From: Nitrospirota bacterium
GTDB taxonomy: Bacteria > Nitrospirota > Thermodesulfovibrionia > Thermodesulfovibrionales > Dissulfurispiraceae
Assembly (NCBI GenBank): GCA_963790025.1
Contig: CAWBMP010000004.1
Span: forward strand, 1,472,001 to 1,536,000
Direction of reading: 5' to 3'
DNA: 64,000 nucleotides
Under the pieces are notes generated by a model. That model made no database searches. It saw nothing but the letters and a program-made list of their open reading frames with translations, and was not told the DNA's origin. Shown here in pieces: positions 50,689-60,406 of the stretch; position 1 is the stretch's first letter; each line of letters begins with the position of its first letter. The position numbers were made by a program, and so were the translations under genes.

Positions 50689-52020
50689 TTAAGAAGTAAG
50701 TAAGAGATTCAAAGATGCGATTTTTGTATTGTAAAACTCCCTAAAGACATCATCAACATTCTTTTTATTTTGAAACGTGTACATGTGCTCTATGCGGAAT
50801 GCATCTAAGGCTTTTGTAAGAACAAAATCAGCAATCTCCTTTCGTCCGATTACAGCAAGAGAGGGAGACAAAGACGAGAATTCGGCAACTATTTCTCTTT
50901 CGTAGTAATCAGTAATCAAATGTGCAGGATTTAAATCAAATATGAATAAGAAATCTGACATAGTTTTAAGAGTTAAATATTTTTGATCGCTCAATAATTT
51001 AGAGATAACAATGTTATATCTTTGAGACTCACCTAATAAAAGGGCAGCGCCGCGCTGCAGGATTCCAAGTGGCATTTTATATTGTAAGCCAAATGCATCT
51101 AAGTCAGTCCATGGTAACCTATCTAATACCGAAAAGCCAGACTGACTGATAAAATCTAAGAATAAAGACGATACATCATTTGATGACAAATCTTGAACAG
51201 CTTGTGATATGGCTTCCTCCAACTCAGATAAGTTACTGTTCAACTGATCGGGATTGTAAATCGGTCCTTTATTCCAATAATGCGAAAACTTACTAGCAAA
51301 TGATTCACAAGTTATATCTTTATTAAACTCGAAGATATGCTGCTCTTCATCTACCGGTAGATATTTCTGAACAGTCAGCCAATCCGGCGAATTCTCAACA
51401 AGAACATCAATGATTTTGTCTATTACCGCAGTCATGGTACCGTCTGCCTGTACCTCAATGACTTTTTCACCGAGGTTTCTAAGATACTCGATAGCTTCAG
51501 CATACTTCTTCTTTGTCTGGTTAAGATTCCTTTCGAAGAGCTCCTTTGTTTCTTGGCGATTCCTCATTCGATCATAACAGGTAGAACTACTCGCGTTTAA
51601 AAAAATGGTCAAGTCTGGTTTTAGAACACCTGAATTAAGGTTCATTATATTATCAAAAGAGAGGTCGCCATTACTCTGATAAACTAATGATGATAGATAA
51701 TAGCGATCACAAACAACAAGGCGCGGCGTTCCGTTTGCCTGATTGAGAAAAGGAATAATTTCCCTATCACAGTGATCAGCTCGATTGACCGCAAAGGCAA
51801 GAGCCAGTGTTCGGTGAGGAACATCTTTAAGTTTGCGCATTAATATTTGTCGGATAAATAGGCCAGCACAAGAAGGATCATGAGGTTCAAATGTCAACTT
51901 GACATTCTTGCCCAAGGTGGACTGAAGTATCTTAACCAACCGACGGGTTATTGAGCTTTTTCCTGACCCATCGACTCCTTCAATAACCACAAAAAAACCA
52001 TTAGTATTATTACTTTCCAT
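50689..52020 (-). CDS. Thymidylate kinase domain fused to about 230 aa of unknown C-terminal domain
   Basis: IEGVDGSGKS, TFEP, DRYYLSSLVYQ, PDLTIFL in the first ~210 aa. Confidence 0.88.
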   Translation of the reverse strand: MESNNTNGFFVVIEGVDGSGKSSITRRLVKILQSTLGKNVKLTFEPHDPSCAGLFIRQILMRKLKDVPHRTLALAFAVNRADHCDREIIPFLNQANGTPRLVVCDRYYLSSLVYQSNGDLSFDNIMNLNSGVLKPDLTIFLNASSSTCYDRMRNRQETKELFERNLNQTKKKYAEAIEYLRNLGEKVIEVQADGTMTAVIDKIIDVLVENSPDWLTVQKYLPVDEEQHIFEFNKDITCESFASKFSHYWNKGPIYNPDQLNSNLSELEEAISQAVQDLSSNDVSSLFLDFISQSGFSVLDRLPWTDLDAFGLQYKMPLGILQRGAALLLGESQRYNIVISKLLSDQKYLTLKTMSDFLFIFDLNPAHLITDYYEREIVAEFSSLSPSLAVIGRKEIADFVLTKALDAFRIEHMYTFQNKKNVDDVFREFYNTKIASLNLLLTS

Positions 52021-52143
52021 ATATTATATTAACTCTTTTATAATGTAGAACATCAAAATTAAATATTAGTAGATCTTATCCAATTATACAATCACTTTGT
52101 CAATTTAGAATATGATGCAGTCGGATCATATTCTATCAGTTCA

Positions 52144-53307
52144 TTAAGAAGATATGCTTTCAACCAGTTTAAGAAAAGCTGCTACCCAAGGTCCCGCAGC
52201 CAAATTTGTTAGTAACCCAGTGATTACAGTTCTGTTTTCAGAAGGCAGCTGGGCTATGGTCTCAGCTAAATGATTAATATTTTCCTGGGTTACTTTATGG
52301 GTGTCAGTTAAATCTTGTACTTGTCGAAGCATGTCCGATAAGCTCCCAGATAGTTCCTCATTCTTATTGGATATGAGAACCTTCAATTCATTTGTCAAAT
52401 TCTGAATTTCACTCATCAATAGTGTGTCAACCCTATATTCCTTATCGCCAAGCACTATTTTACGACCACTCATTTCAAATAGAGCTATAGCTTTATCGAT
52501 TGTCAAGAGAGCACCTCCATCAGAAAACGATGCTCTATTTGCAGGTACCTCATGAGCAATTCTACCCAAAGTGTTTCCTAAAACCGGAGGGCAAGTACAC
52601 ACAGGATTGTTACATTCTTTGCATTTATCAGGATACTCTTCCTTAAATGCTTTTGACAGAGGCTTGCCTCTGTCAGAATAGTGGACTTGGTTTTTCATGT
52701 CAATAAGATTTTGTAAATGCATTAGCCATGCAAAAACATCTGCTGCTTCACTTAAAAAATACCCTGGTGCAACATTAAATACCCGTAATGCCTCTGCGAG
52801 TTCCCCCAATTCTTCAGTAAACCTTGCGAAAGTTGCTGGGTAGTCCTCGACAGCTGACACCGTATAGATTTTTCCGAACATTTGTTGCCATTCTTTCAAA
52901 TTCTTCGGTTTATCTTTTATGTTTGTGTTGCCCAATTCTTGCAATCTATCCCAATCTGGACTGATGGGCAGTTTCTTCATTTCAATGCACTGATCATTAT
53001 CGTGAGGTTTTCGAAGACAGTAAGTACATGCATTTGGGAATTTCCACCATATCATATTCTCTACGCTCTGAACACCGACCTTTCCACAGAGTGTCATCCA
53101 CCATGCTATTGCTTTGGCGACAAATTGTTGAGGGTCAACATTTGCTTTCTTCTTCGAACTTGCTAAAAGACTTAGCGCGCCCATTACCTCAACAAGATGC
53201 GCAAATATCGAGAATTGATCACGGTAAAAATTTCTGTCCAAATAAATAGAATTAACCATACGATATAATTCGTCTAACCCTCTAACTTCCCAATCTTGAC
53301 TTTTCAC
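52144..53307 (-). CDS. Tandem MazG-like nucleotide pyrophosphohydrolase with Cys/Zn motifs
   Basis: Repeat 2 has EELGELAE...EAADVFAW + YPDKCKECNNPVCTC. Repeat 1 is degenerate with FPNACTYC. RBS GGAG and GTG start. Confidence 0.85.
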   Translation of the reverse strand: MKSQDWEVRGLDELYRMVNSIYLDRNFYRDQFSIFAHLVEVMGALSLLASSKKKANVDPQQFVAKAIAWWMTLCGKVGVQSVENMIWWKFPNACTYCLRKPHDNDQCIEMKKLPISPDWDRLQELGNTNIKDKPKNLKEWQQMFGKIYTVSAVEDYPATFARFTEELGELAEALRVFNVAPGYFLSEAADVFAWLMHLQNLIDMKNQVHYSDRGKPLSKAFKEEYPDKCKECNNPVCTCPPVLGNTLGRIAHEVPANRASFSDGGALLTIDKAIALFEMSGRKIVLGDKEYRVDTLLMSEIQNLTNELKVLISNKNEELSGSLSDMLRQVQDLTDTHKVTQENINHLAETIAQLPSENRTVITGLLTNLAAGPWVAAFLKLVESISS

Positions 53308-53534
53308 GCAATTTCTCCGAAAACGATGCCTGATATCTGATCAGATATCGTATGAACCTATATCAGAATTAAAGTAGTATAAGATAGCATATTTGCACTA
53401 TCATGGGAAATTATTTCGAAAGGCTCGATATTCAAGCGGACTCGTAAGGTAAATCTTCCATGATAAAATACCTCTATGGAATACCACACCGGTACAAGTA
53501 GGAAAACAGTAGGCGCCCTTGAGATGGGCACAGT

Positions 53535-54580
53535 AGGGGTCAATTCTTTATTATTGACAAATAATTGCAAAATTTGGCAATATTTTTCGTGGCGAGACTA
53601 TTAAGAATTCAGTATCCGGGTGCCCTTTATCACGTAACGAGCAGGGGGAACGAGCGCAGGGAAATATTCAGCAACGATGATGATCGAGAGCACTTTCTGC
53701 AAATTCTTTGCAACTCACTGACCATCTACTCTGTAAAACTATATAGCTATGTACTGATGACGAACCATTTTCATTTATTAGCTGACACGCCCTTGGGCAA
53801 TCTCGGGGAATTCATGAGGCATTTTAATATTACGTATACTGGTTTTTATAACCGTAAATATAATAGGACTGGACATCTTTATCAGGGCAGGTACAAGAGC
53901 ATCCTTGTTGAGAAGGATGAATATCTGTCCATCGTAAGCCGGTATATACATCTCAATCCGGTAAGAACCAAGTCAATGAGGGAAAAGACTGCCGAAGAAA
54001 AAATAAATGACCTATTACAGTACAGATGGAGCAGCCTGTCAGGTTATATTGGTGGGAGAAAAGATCAAATGGTGCAATACGGCTTGGTTTTAGGGGAGTA
54101 TGGGGGAGATAATTATCATGGCCGGCAGGCATACAAAAAAAGGATTCAAAAGGATATAGCAGAGGGGCTGGAAATAAACTCAGGCATACTTGCACAGAGC
54201 GTGCTGGGCGGCCCTGAATTCATCAATATTATTAAAGAGAAATTCATCAAGGGGAAGAAAGACAGAGAAAGTCCGGCCCACAGAGAACTGAAGCGATACA
54301 AGGCTGAAGAAGAAATCATGAAGGTTATTGAGCGGGAAACGGGAATAAGTTTTAAGGAGATCGCTAAATCCAGGGGCGTTATAAGACAAATTGCTATGGA
54401 CATTTTATACCGTATCGGAGGATTGAAAGGGAATGAGATTGGCGAGATATTCAAAGTGGACTACAGCACTGTAAGTCAGGGGAGGAAACGTTTGCGGGAA
54501 CAAATGGAGAAAGATATAAAACTGAAGAATCTTGTTCGGTCTATCGAAGAACAATTGTCAAAATAAAAGAATTGACCCCT
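53535..54580 (+). mobile_element. TIR-bounded RAYT-like (HUH Y1) element
   Basis: 26-bp IRs AGGGGTCAATTCTTTATTATTGACAA (53535-60) and rc of 54555-80, 23/26 identical. Confidence 0.82.
53589..54566 (+). CDS. REP-associated tyrosine transposase-like protein with C-terminal HTH
   Basis: YHVTSRGN, LMTNHFHLL (HUH), GHLYQGRY, YIHLNPV, YRWSS, C-terminal DYSTVS HTH. Confidence 0.92.
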   Translation: MARLLRIQYPGALYHVTSRGNERREIFSNDDDREHFLQILCNSLTIYSVKLYSYVLMTNHFHLLADTPLGNLGEFMRHFNITYTGFYNRKYNRTGHLYQGRYKSILVEKDEYLSIVSRYIHLNPVRTKSMREKTAEEKINDLLQYRWSSLSGYIGGRKDQMVQYGLVLGEYGGDNYHGRQAYKKRIQKDIAEGLEINSGILAQSVLGGPEFINIIKEKFIKGKKDRESPAHRELKRYKAEEEIMKVIERETGISFKEIAKSRGVIRQIAMDILYRIGGLKGNEIGEIFKVDYSTVSQGRKRLREQMEKDIKLKNLVRSIEEQLSK

Positions 54581-54778
54581 TTGAATCGCGTGAGCAGGTC
54601 GCGCCGACATTCTCAAAAACCCGCTTGCATTTTGAGATTCCAATAGTTAATATTTAAAGGACTTAGATCAGATGATTTTACTGTCTCTAAATCTGGTATT
54701 TTGTAGACAACGAAAATTTGAGAACATCTAATATCTGAGAACGATCAAAACTGCAGGTCAACAGGAGCATGTGCTCAC

Positions 54779-55321
54779 ATGAAAAAAATGCAGCTCAGTA
54801 AAGCGTTCACGCTGATAGAATCTGGTCCGGTTGTTCTTGTTACGACAAGTAACGGAAAGAAAGACAATATAATGACGATCTCGTGGACCATGGTGATGGA
54901 CTTTACGCCGATCTTTGCCATAACCACTGGGCCATGGAACTACTCGTATGCCGCACTTCGGAAATTTAAGGAATGTGTAATTTCAATTCCCACTGTTGAC
55001 CTTCTTGATAAGGTCGTTGGTGTGGGAACATGTTCCGGCGTTGACACGGACAAATTTGAAAAGTTCCGGCTGACTCCTGTGAAGGGAAAGTATGTTAGGT
55101 CGCCCTTGATTAAGGAATGCCTGGCGAATATCGAATGTAAAGTTATCGACATCGTCCAAAGGCACAATATCGTTGTCCTCGAAGGTGTCGCTGCTTACTT
55201 TGACAGTTCGCGAAAAGAGAAGCGAACCGTTCACGCAATTGGCGATGGAACCTTTATAGTGGATGGGCGCAGGTTAGACCGAAAGAAAATGATGCAGACA
55301 AAGATTCCAGCTGGGCTTTAG
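54779..55321 (+). CDS. Flavin reductase-like protein
   Basis: PVVLVTT, NIMTISW, GTCSG...DKF, ECLANIEC. Confidence 0.9.
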   Translation: MKKMQLSKAFTLIESGPVVLVTTSNGKKDNIMTISWTMVMDFTPIFAITTGPWNYSYAALRKFKECVISIPTVDLLDKVVGVGTCSGVDTDKFEKFRLTPVKGKYVRSPLIKECLANIECKVIDIVQRHNIVVLEGVAAYFDSSRKEKRTVHAIGDGTFIVDGRRLDRKKMMQTKIPAGL

Positions 55322-55487
55322 TTCCGTGCCGAATTTTGGGGATTCTATTGTTACTCCCCTATAACAGGATCGATCTCGTGGGTGTGGTGGTGGGACAAGT
55401 CTGACCCCATTTGCATCAAACGGCAAAATATCGAGTGCAACCTGTGCCATCTTGCTCCTGTTTGGGTGCATAATATCCATATCAAAA

Positions 55488-55646
55488 TCATATAATGCAA
55501 CACGCGCGACCACACATACCAGCGGGCTCTGGGGTTCTGGCTGTTAGTACATAGCTTTCGTCAATCTTACATCGCGCTGAACCTGGACAGATTCCAGATT
55601 CTGTGCGAACGTCAACAGCCACGCATTTTATTGTGTAGTTTGCCAT
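55488..55646 (-). pseudogene. TIGR04076-like Cys-motif protein, 3'-truncated
   Basis: AGGAGG RBS, GICPG..., TPEPAGMCGRA, then premature end. Confidence 0.45.
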
Positions 55647-55687
55647 CTCACTTTCCTCCTTATGACGGTAATAAATGATTATAAGAA

Positions 55688-55799
55688 TCCTAACCTCGAC
55701 AGAGCCGCTTTGGCAATATGTTTCACTAATTCCCGTAGAAACTGTTAGTGAAGGCCGTCTACTCAAGTACGCGGACTGCTGTGAGCAGCCGAGTTAGCA
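55688..55799. repeat. attC-like imperfect palindrome
   Basis: CCTAAC ... GTTAGCA ends, inner GCCGC/GCGG and TTCACTAA/TTAGTGAA stems; lies between two cassette-like ORFs. Confidence 0.4.
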
Positions 55800-55843
55800 G
55801 ATGTCATGTCCGGAAGCTGCCGCGCCTGCATGCAATAAAGAAT

Positions 55844-56320
<477 letters not shown>

Positions 56321-56505
56321 TCACAGCAGTAATGTTTGCGACGACTGCCTGTTATTGTGAGGAAGCATTTCTGCAGGCTTGCTTGAATGGGCTATTGATA
56401 CGTTTTCAGGCTTATACCTGTCAGGCCGGAATTGCCTTTCTCTTTGCCGTGCACTATAGTAGTTATGAAAACCATAATGTCGAAAATTATGAAAGAAGGA
56501 GAGTT

Positions 56506-57081
56506 ATGGAATCCAAGAAGTTTGACCCGAAGAAACTCGAAAAGCTCAATGATCCTCAAAGACTTACCTACATGAATCCTGATGTCGTGTGGAATGCCTT
56601 GAATTTGATGAATCCTCAGGTATTGGTGGACATTGGGGCAGGTACCGGCTTTTTTTCAGTGCTCTTCAGTGATCGCATTAGGGACGGCAAAGTATATTCC
56701 TGTGATATCTCGGATGTCATGATCGAATGGATGAAAGAAAACCTCCCGCAGAAGTACGGAGATAAGATAATCCCCCTCAAAATAGAAGAAAGCGCTGTTC
56801 CTCTGCCCGATGCTATGGCCGATCTGGTGTATATGATCAATCTCCACCATGAGCTTGAAGAGCCTGAAAGGATAATTTCGGAATCCTTTCGTCTTCTGCG
56901 ACACGGCGGCAAACTGATGATCATAGATTGGAAAAAAGAAGAGACACCTCAAGGGCCGCCGCTTTCGATACGGGTGGAAGAGGAGACGATTATATCCCAG
57001 ATGAAGCAGGGCCGATTCTCAAGCATTGCCAGCCATAAAATGCTGCCATATCATAATTTTGTTGTGGGAGAGAAATTATAG
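56506..57081 (+). CDS. Class I SAM-dependent methyltransferase
   Basis: VDIGAGTG, HHE, IIDWKK..GPP. RBS AAGGAG before 56506. Confidence 0.9.
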   Translation: MESKKFDPKKLEKLNDPQRLTYMNPDVVWNALNLMNPQVLVDIGAGTGFFSVLFSDRIRDGKVYSCDISDVMIEWMKENLPQKYGDKIIPLKIEESAVPLPDAMADLVYMINLHHELEEPERIISESFRLLRHGGKLMIIDWKKEETPQGPPLSIRVEEETIISQMKQGRFSSIASHKMLPYHNFVVGEKL

Positions 57082-57245
57082 ACTTAATCAATTTGTGACA
57101 AGCTTTAAGAAATTCGAGGGTCATGTCTACACATTTCACAAATTAACTCCCTGTTCTGTAAAATTTTTAGATCTCATCCTTTGTAACTCAAGCAATCATT
57201 TTGATCGTAAGACGTTTTTTCAATTGGTAGTGCGGAGCAATTATA

Positions 57246-57596
57246 CTATAACTCGGGAGCGAATGAAGGCACCAGACAAACAATTACCAGCGGTTCGGTG
57301 CCGGTGTTGCGGATCTGATGCTCCACTTTGCCGGGAATGAACACAACGCTGCCGGCTCTGACCGGATTCCATTTTCCGTCGCATAATACTTCGCCCTGCC
57401 CGGCGTGGTAGAACATCTCATGCTCCCAATCATGGCTGTGTTTCGGTGTGTGACCACCAGTGGTAATCTCGAAGACTCGCATGCAAAAATTGGTGGCTCC
57501 GTCAGCTTTGCCGATCACAACACGGGCTGCGATACTTTTCGCCTTGTCATTATTGAACAGGGTTGGTGTGATCTCGGAATATTGTATAGTCTTCAT
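57246..57596 (-). CDS. Cupin domain protein
   Basis: GGHTPKHSHDWEHE...IPGKVEHQ. Confidence 0.9.
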   Translation of the reverse strand: MKTIQYSEITPTLFNNDKAKSIAARVVIGKADGATNFCMRVFEITTGGHTPKHSHDWEHEMFYHAGQGEVLCDGKWNPVRAGSVVFIPGKVEHQIRNTGTEPLVIVCLVPSFAPEL

Positions 57597-57707
57597 AAAG
57601 TGCCCTCCTACGTTATGAAAAAATTTAAACATATTATAGCAAATAATAAAAAGGCTGAAATCGTGGTAAATGGGTGGATGGTGAACTGAGAGTCTGTCGA
57701 TCCGCAG

Positions 57708-58055
57708 CTACCAGTTCCTGGCTGTTTTCCTGAACTTATCTATAAAGTGATACAACGCAAGGATGGGATGCCTGTAAGTCATGTGAGGGCCTGAAAACCG
57801 CATAACATCTTTCACTTTGTCACGCATGGCAGGTTTATAGCAGTGCACAGGACATTTTGCACATGTGGTCTTTTTTTCCTGAAAAGGACAGGTTGCAAGA
57901 CGGGTCCTCGCATATTTCATCAATTCTTCGCAGTCGGAACAAAGTGAATCTCTCGTCTCGTGTTTAAGGCTGCAATAAATCGTTACCATCGCAAAGAATG
58001 TCTTTTCTTCTCGCGCCATTCTCGGATGATATTGAGACATCGATGCTATTTTCAT
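57708..58055 (-). CDS. YgbA-like (nitrous oxide-stimulated promoter family) protein
   Basis: REEKT..MVTIYC, LCSDC, CPF..K..CAKCPVHCY, MRFSGP. Confidence 0.88.
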   Translation of the reverse strand: MKIASMSQYHPRMAREEKTFFAMVTIYCSLKHETRDSLCSDCEELMKYARTRLATCPFQEKKTTCAKCPVHCYKPAMRDKVKDVMRFSGPHMTYRHPILALYHFIDKFRKTARNW

Positions 58056-58230
58056 GCTTTATTCTAACACTCTAATAACCCGTTCCGAAATCTTCGGCCT
58101 CCACCCATTCGCCTCATTCAGCTTATAAGTCTATAATGAAACTGTCCCGTCGGTGAAAGGCGGAATATAAAACTGACAGAATGTGAATTTTACCTTGACC
58201 TACGAGTATTATATGTAGTATTTTCCTCAC

Positions 58231-59166
58231 ATGAGCAGATGTCGTATCATTTTATCTTTATTCATTGTTCTTTCAATGCTTGCTGTTAGTCCTGCTTTTG
58301 CGGAAGTTGTTGCCTTCACAAAAGAATACACATATCAGGCAAGTGAATTTGACAGTAAGGCATCGTCTCGCACAATTGCAATAGAGCAGGTTAAGCGACT
58401 TTTGTTGGAAGAGTTGGGCACGTATCTGGAGGGGCAGACTGAAGTTAGGAATTTTGAAATGTCCAAAGATAAAATCACTGCTCTTACGGCTGGTATTGTT
58501 AAAGCCGAGATTATCGATGAAAAATGGGACGGAAAGAATTACTGGTTGAAAGCAGTGGTGAAAGCCGATCCAGTTAGTGTGGCGCGGTCTCTTGATGACC
58601 TGAGAAAAAATAAAAGCAAAATGGCTGATATGGAAGAAGTACAGGCAAAGCAAGATGCAGCATTAAAAGAAATAGAGCGGCTGAAAAGCGAGATGGCATC
58701 ATTAAAAAAAGATATTAAAGACCAGGAAAGATTTAACAGATCCATAGCAGTTCTGGATAGGGGGGGCGGGCCTAATCAAAGCCTTTCTTCATCGAGGATT
58801 GGCCAAGTTCCCCCGGCTCAAAAACGTCCGGATCCATGCAAAGAGGATGTGCGGGAGTTTTGTTCTGACGTTACCCGTGGAGGCGGAAAGATCGTCAAAT
58901 GTTTGAAAGAGCACAGGCAGGAGTTGAGCCAGGCATGTAGGAATGCACTCGAACACGGGATGAAACCACGTAGAACAGAAGCAGCTCAGGTGGGGCAGGC
59001 AGGCGGATCCCACTTTGGACCTCCTCCGGAAGCTTATGAGGCATGCGAAGGCAAGAGTGAGGGAAGTCCGGCAAAGTTTGTAAATCCACGCGGAGAGACG
59101 GTGAAGGGAACCTGCGAAGAAGAAGACGGAAAACTGGTACTCCGACCGAATAATCGCAATCGGTAG
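58231..59166 (+). CDS. Exported mosaic protein (N-domain, coiled coil, Cys-rich repeat, C-terminal PPPEA domain)
   Basis: Signal peptide AFA, CKEDVREFC...GGKIVKCL...LSQAC, GPPPEAYEAC...GTC. Confidence 0.7.
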   Translation: MSRCRIILSLFIVLSMLAVSPAFAEVVAFTKEYTYQASEFDSKASSRTIAIEQVKRLLLEELGTYLEGQTEVRNFEMSKDKITALTAGIVKAEIIDEKWDGKNYWLKAVVKADPVSVARSLDDLRKNKSKMADMEEVQAKQDAALKEIERLKSEMASLKKDIKDQERFNRSIAVLDRGGGPNQSLSSSRIGQVPPAQKRPDPCKEDVREFCSDVTRGGGKIVKCLKEHRQELSQACRNALEHGMKPRRTEAAQVGQAGGSHFGPPPEAYEACEGKSEGSPAKFVNPRGETVKGTCEEEDGKLVLRPNNRNR

Positions 59167-59297
59167 AAACAGGTAAATGACATTGCCATCAACGCCTTTT
59201 GCCGGCCTCAACTTTATTCATCCCTTCGAAATTGACAACTAGACGCTGCTCTGTGACTAAGATAGGTACAAACAACACGATATAAGCTGCAAATACC

Positions 59298-59651
59298 ATG
59301 TTTTACAAAGTTCTTGCAGATATAGTTGTTCTGACCCATTTCCTGTGGATAGTATTTCTGATTTTTGGCGCTTTTTTAGGAGTGCGAAACAGATTGATTA
59401 AGATCGTCCATATCTCTGGACTCGTTCTTGCCTTTATCGTTGAGTTGTTTGATTTGTACTGCCCCCTTACCTACATCGAGATATGGTTAAAGTCAAGATA
59501 TGAACCAACCGTGGCTTATACGGGTTCGTTTATCATCCACTACATTGAAAAGATCATATATTGTGAGACTCCCCCGCATCTGATCATTATAGCCACTGTT
59601 TTGCTGTGTGCGTTTAACTCATGGGCATACTACAGAAAAAGGGACGGATGA
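59298..59651 (+). CDS. DUF2784 membrane protein
   Basis: LADIVVLTH, CPLTYIE, FIIHY. Confidence 0.85.
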   Translation: MFYKVLADIVVLTHFLWIVFLIFGAFLGVRNRLIKIVHISGLVLAFIVELFDLYCPLTYIEIWLKSRYEPTVAYTGSFIIHYIEKIIYCETPPHLIIIATVLLCAFNSWAYYRKRDG

Positions 59652-59654
59652 AGC

Positions 59655-60344
59655 ATGAAAGGCTTTTTTTACAATCTGTCCAAAAATATAATGAAATGCT
59701 TTGGAGGTTATTATCTCCTCTGGCATCTCCTGGCGATTATCCTTACATACATTATAGTAACTTCAGGCTTTGACTGGCTTTACTTCGAATCTTCCAGAAG
59801 TTCTCTTTTGCGATCGCTTCTCTTTCCTGCTGTCAGGCTTGGTGGTCGTCTGCCGATTATTGTACCGCTTGTTCTCTATGCCAGCGGCAAACTTGGCGGG
59901 AATATGAAAGCCATTAATACAGCCTTGGCCTTGGGCCAATCAGTTGTCAGCGGTTTGCTCATTGCTTCTTTTTACAAAGCATTTACAGGAAGGGTGCATC
60001 CGCCGCGATTGCTCACACCAGTTACGATCGATATCAGCCATGAGTTCAGGTTCGGATTTCTGCGTGGTGGAGTATTCTGGGGCTGGCCATCTTCTCACAC
60101 CACGATTGCCTTTGCTATGGCTGTAACGCTATTAATGTTGTATCCGGAAAATAAGGTTGTAAGATATCTTTCACTTTTTTATGCGTTCTACGTAGGATTA
60201 GCAGTATCTATAAGCATTCATTGGTTTTCCGATTTTCTTGCCGGTGCCATTATTGGTTCGGTAATTGGAGTCGTTGTGGGAAAATGTTTTCGTGAATACA
60301 CCGAAGATACAACGTTATTTTCTAAAAGAAACCTTTGGTCTTGA
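59655..60344 (+). CDS. PAP2-family phosphatase
   Basis: K.FTGRVHP, PSSH, HWFSD. Confidence 0.88.
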   Translation: MKGFFYNLSKNIMKCFGGYYLLWHLLAIILTYIIVTSGFDWLYFESSRSSLLRSLLFPAVRLGGRLPIIVPLVLYASGKLGGNMKAINTALALGQSVVSGLLIASFYKAFTGRVHPPRLLTPVTIDISHEFRFGFLRGGVFWGWPSSHTTIAFAMAVTLLMLYPENKVVRYLSLFYAFYVGLAVSISIHWFSDFLAGAIIGSVIGVVVGKCFREYTEDTTLFSKRNLWS

Positions 60345-60406
60345 GTTACAACTCTCTTGTGAGTATAACTGAGCATCTGTTATAGGCTTGCTCATTGCGA
60401 AAACGT

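Noticed and set aside
54696..54720. TGTAGACAA as another Tn7-like end
   Set aside because: Single partial match lacking TAAAGT, with no repeated sites or partner.
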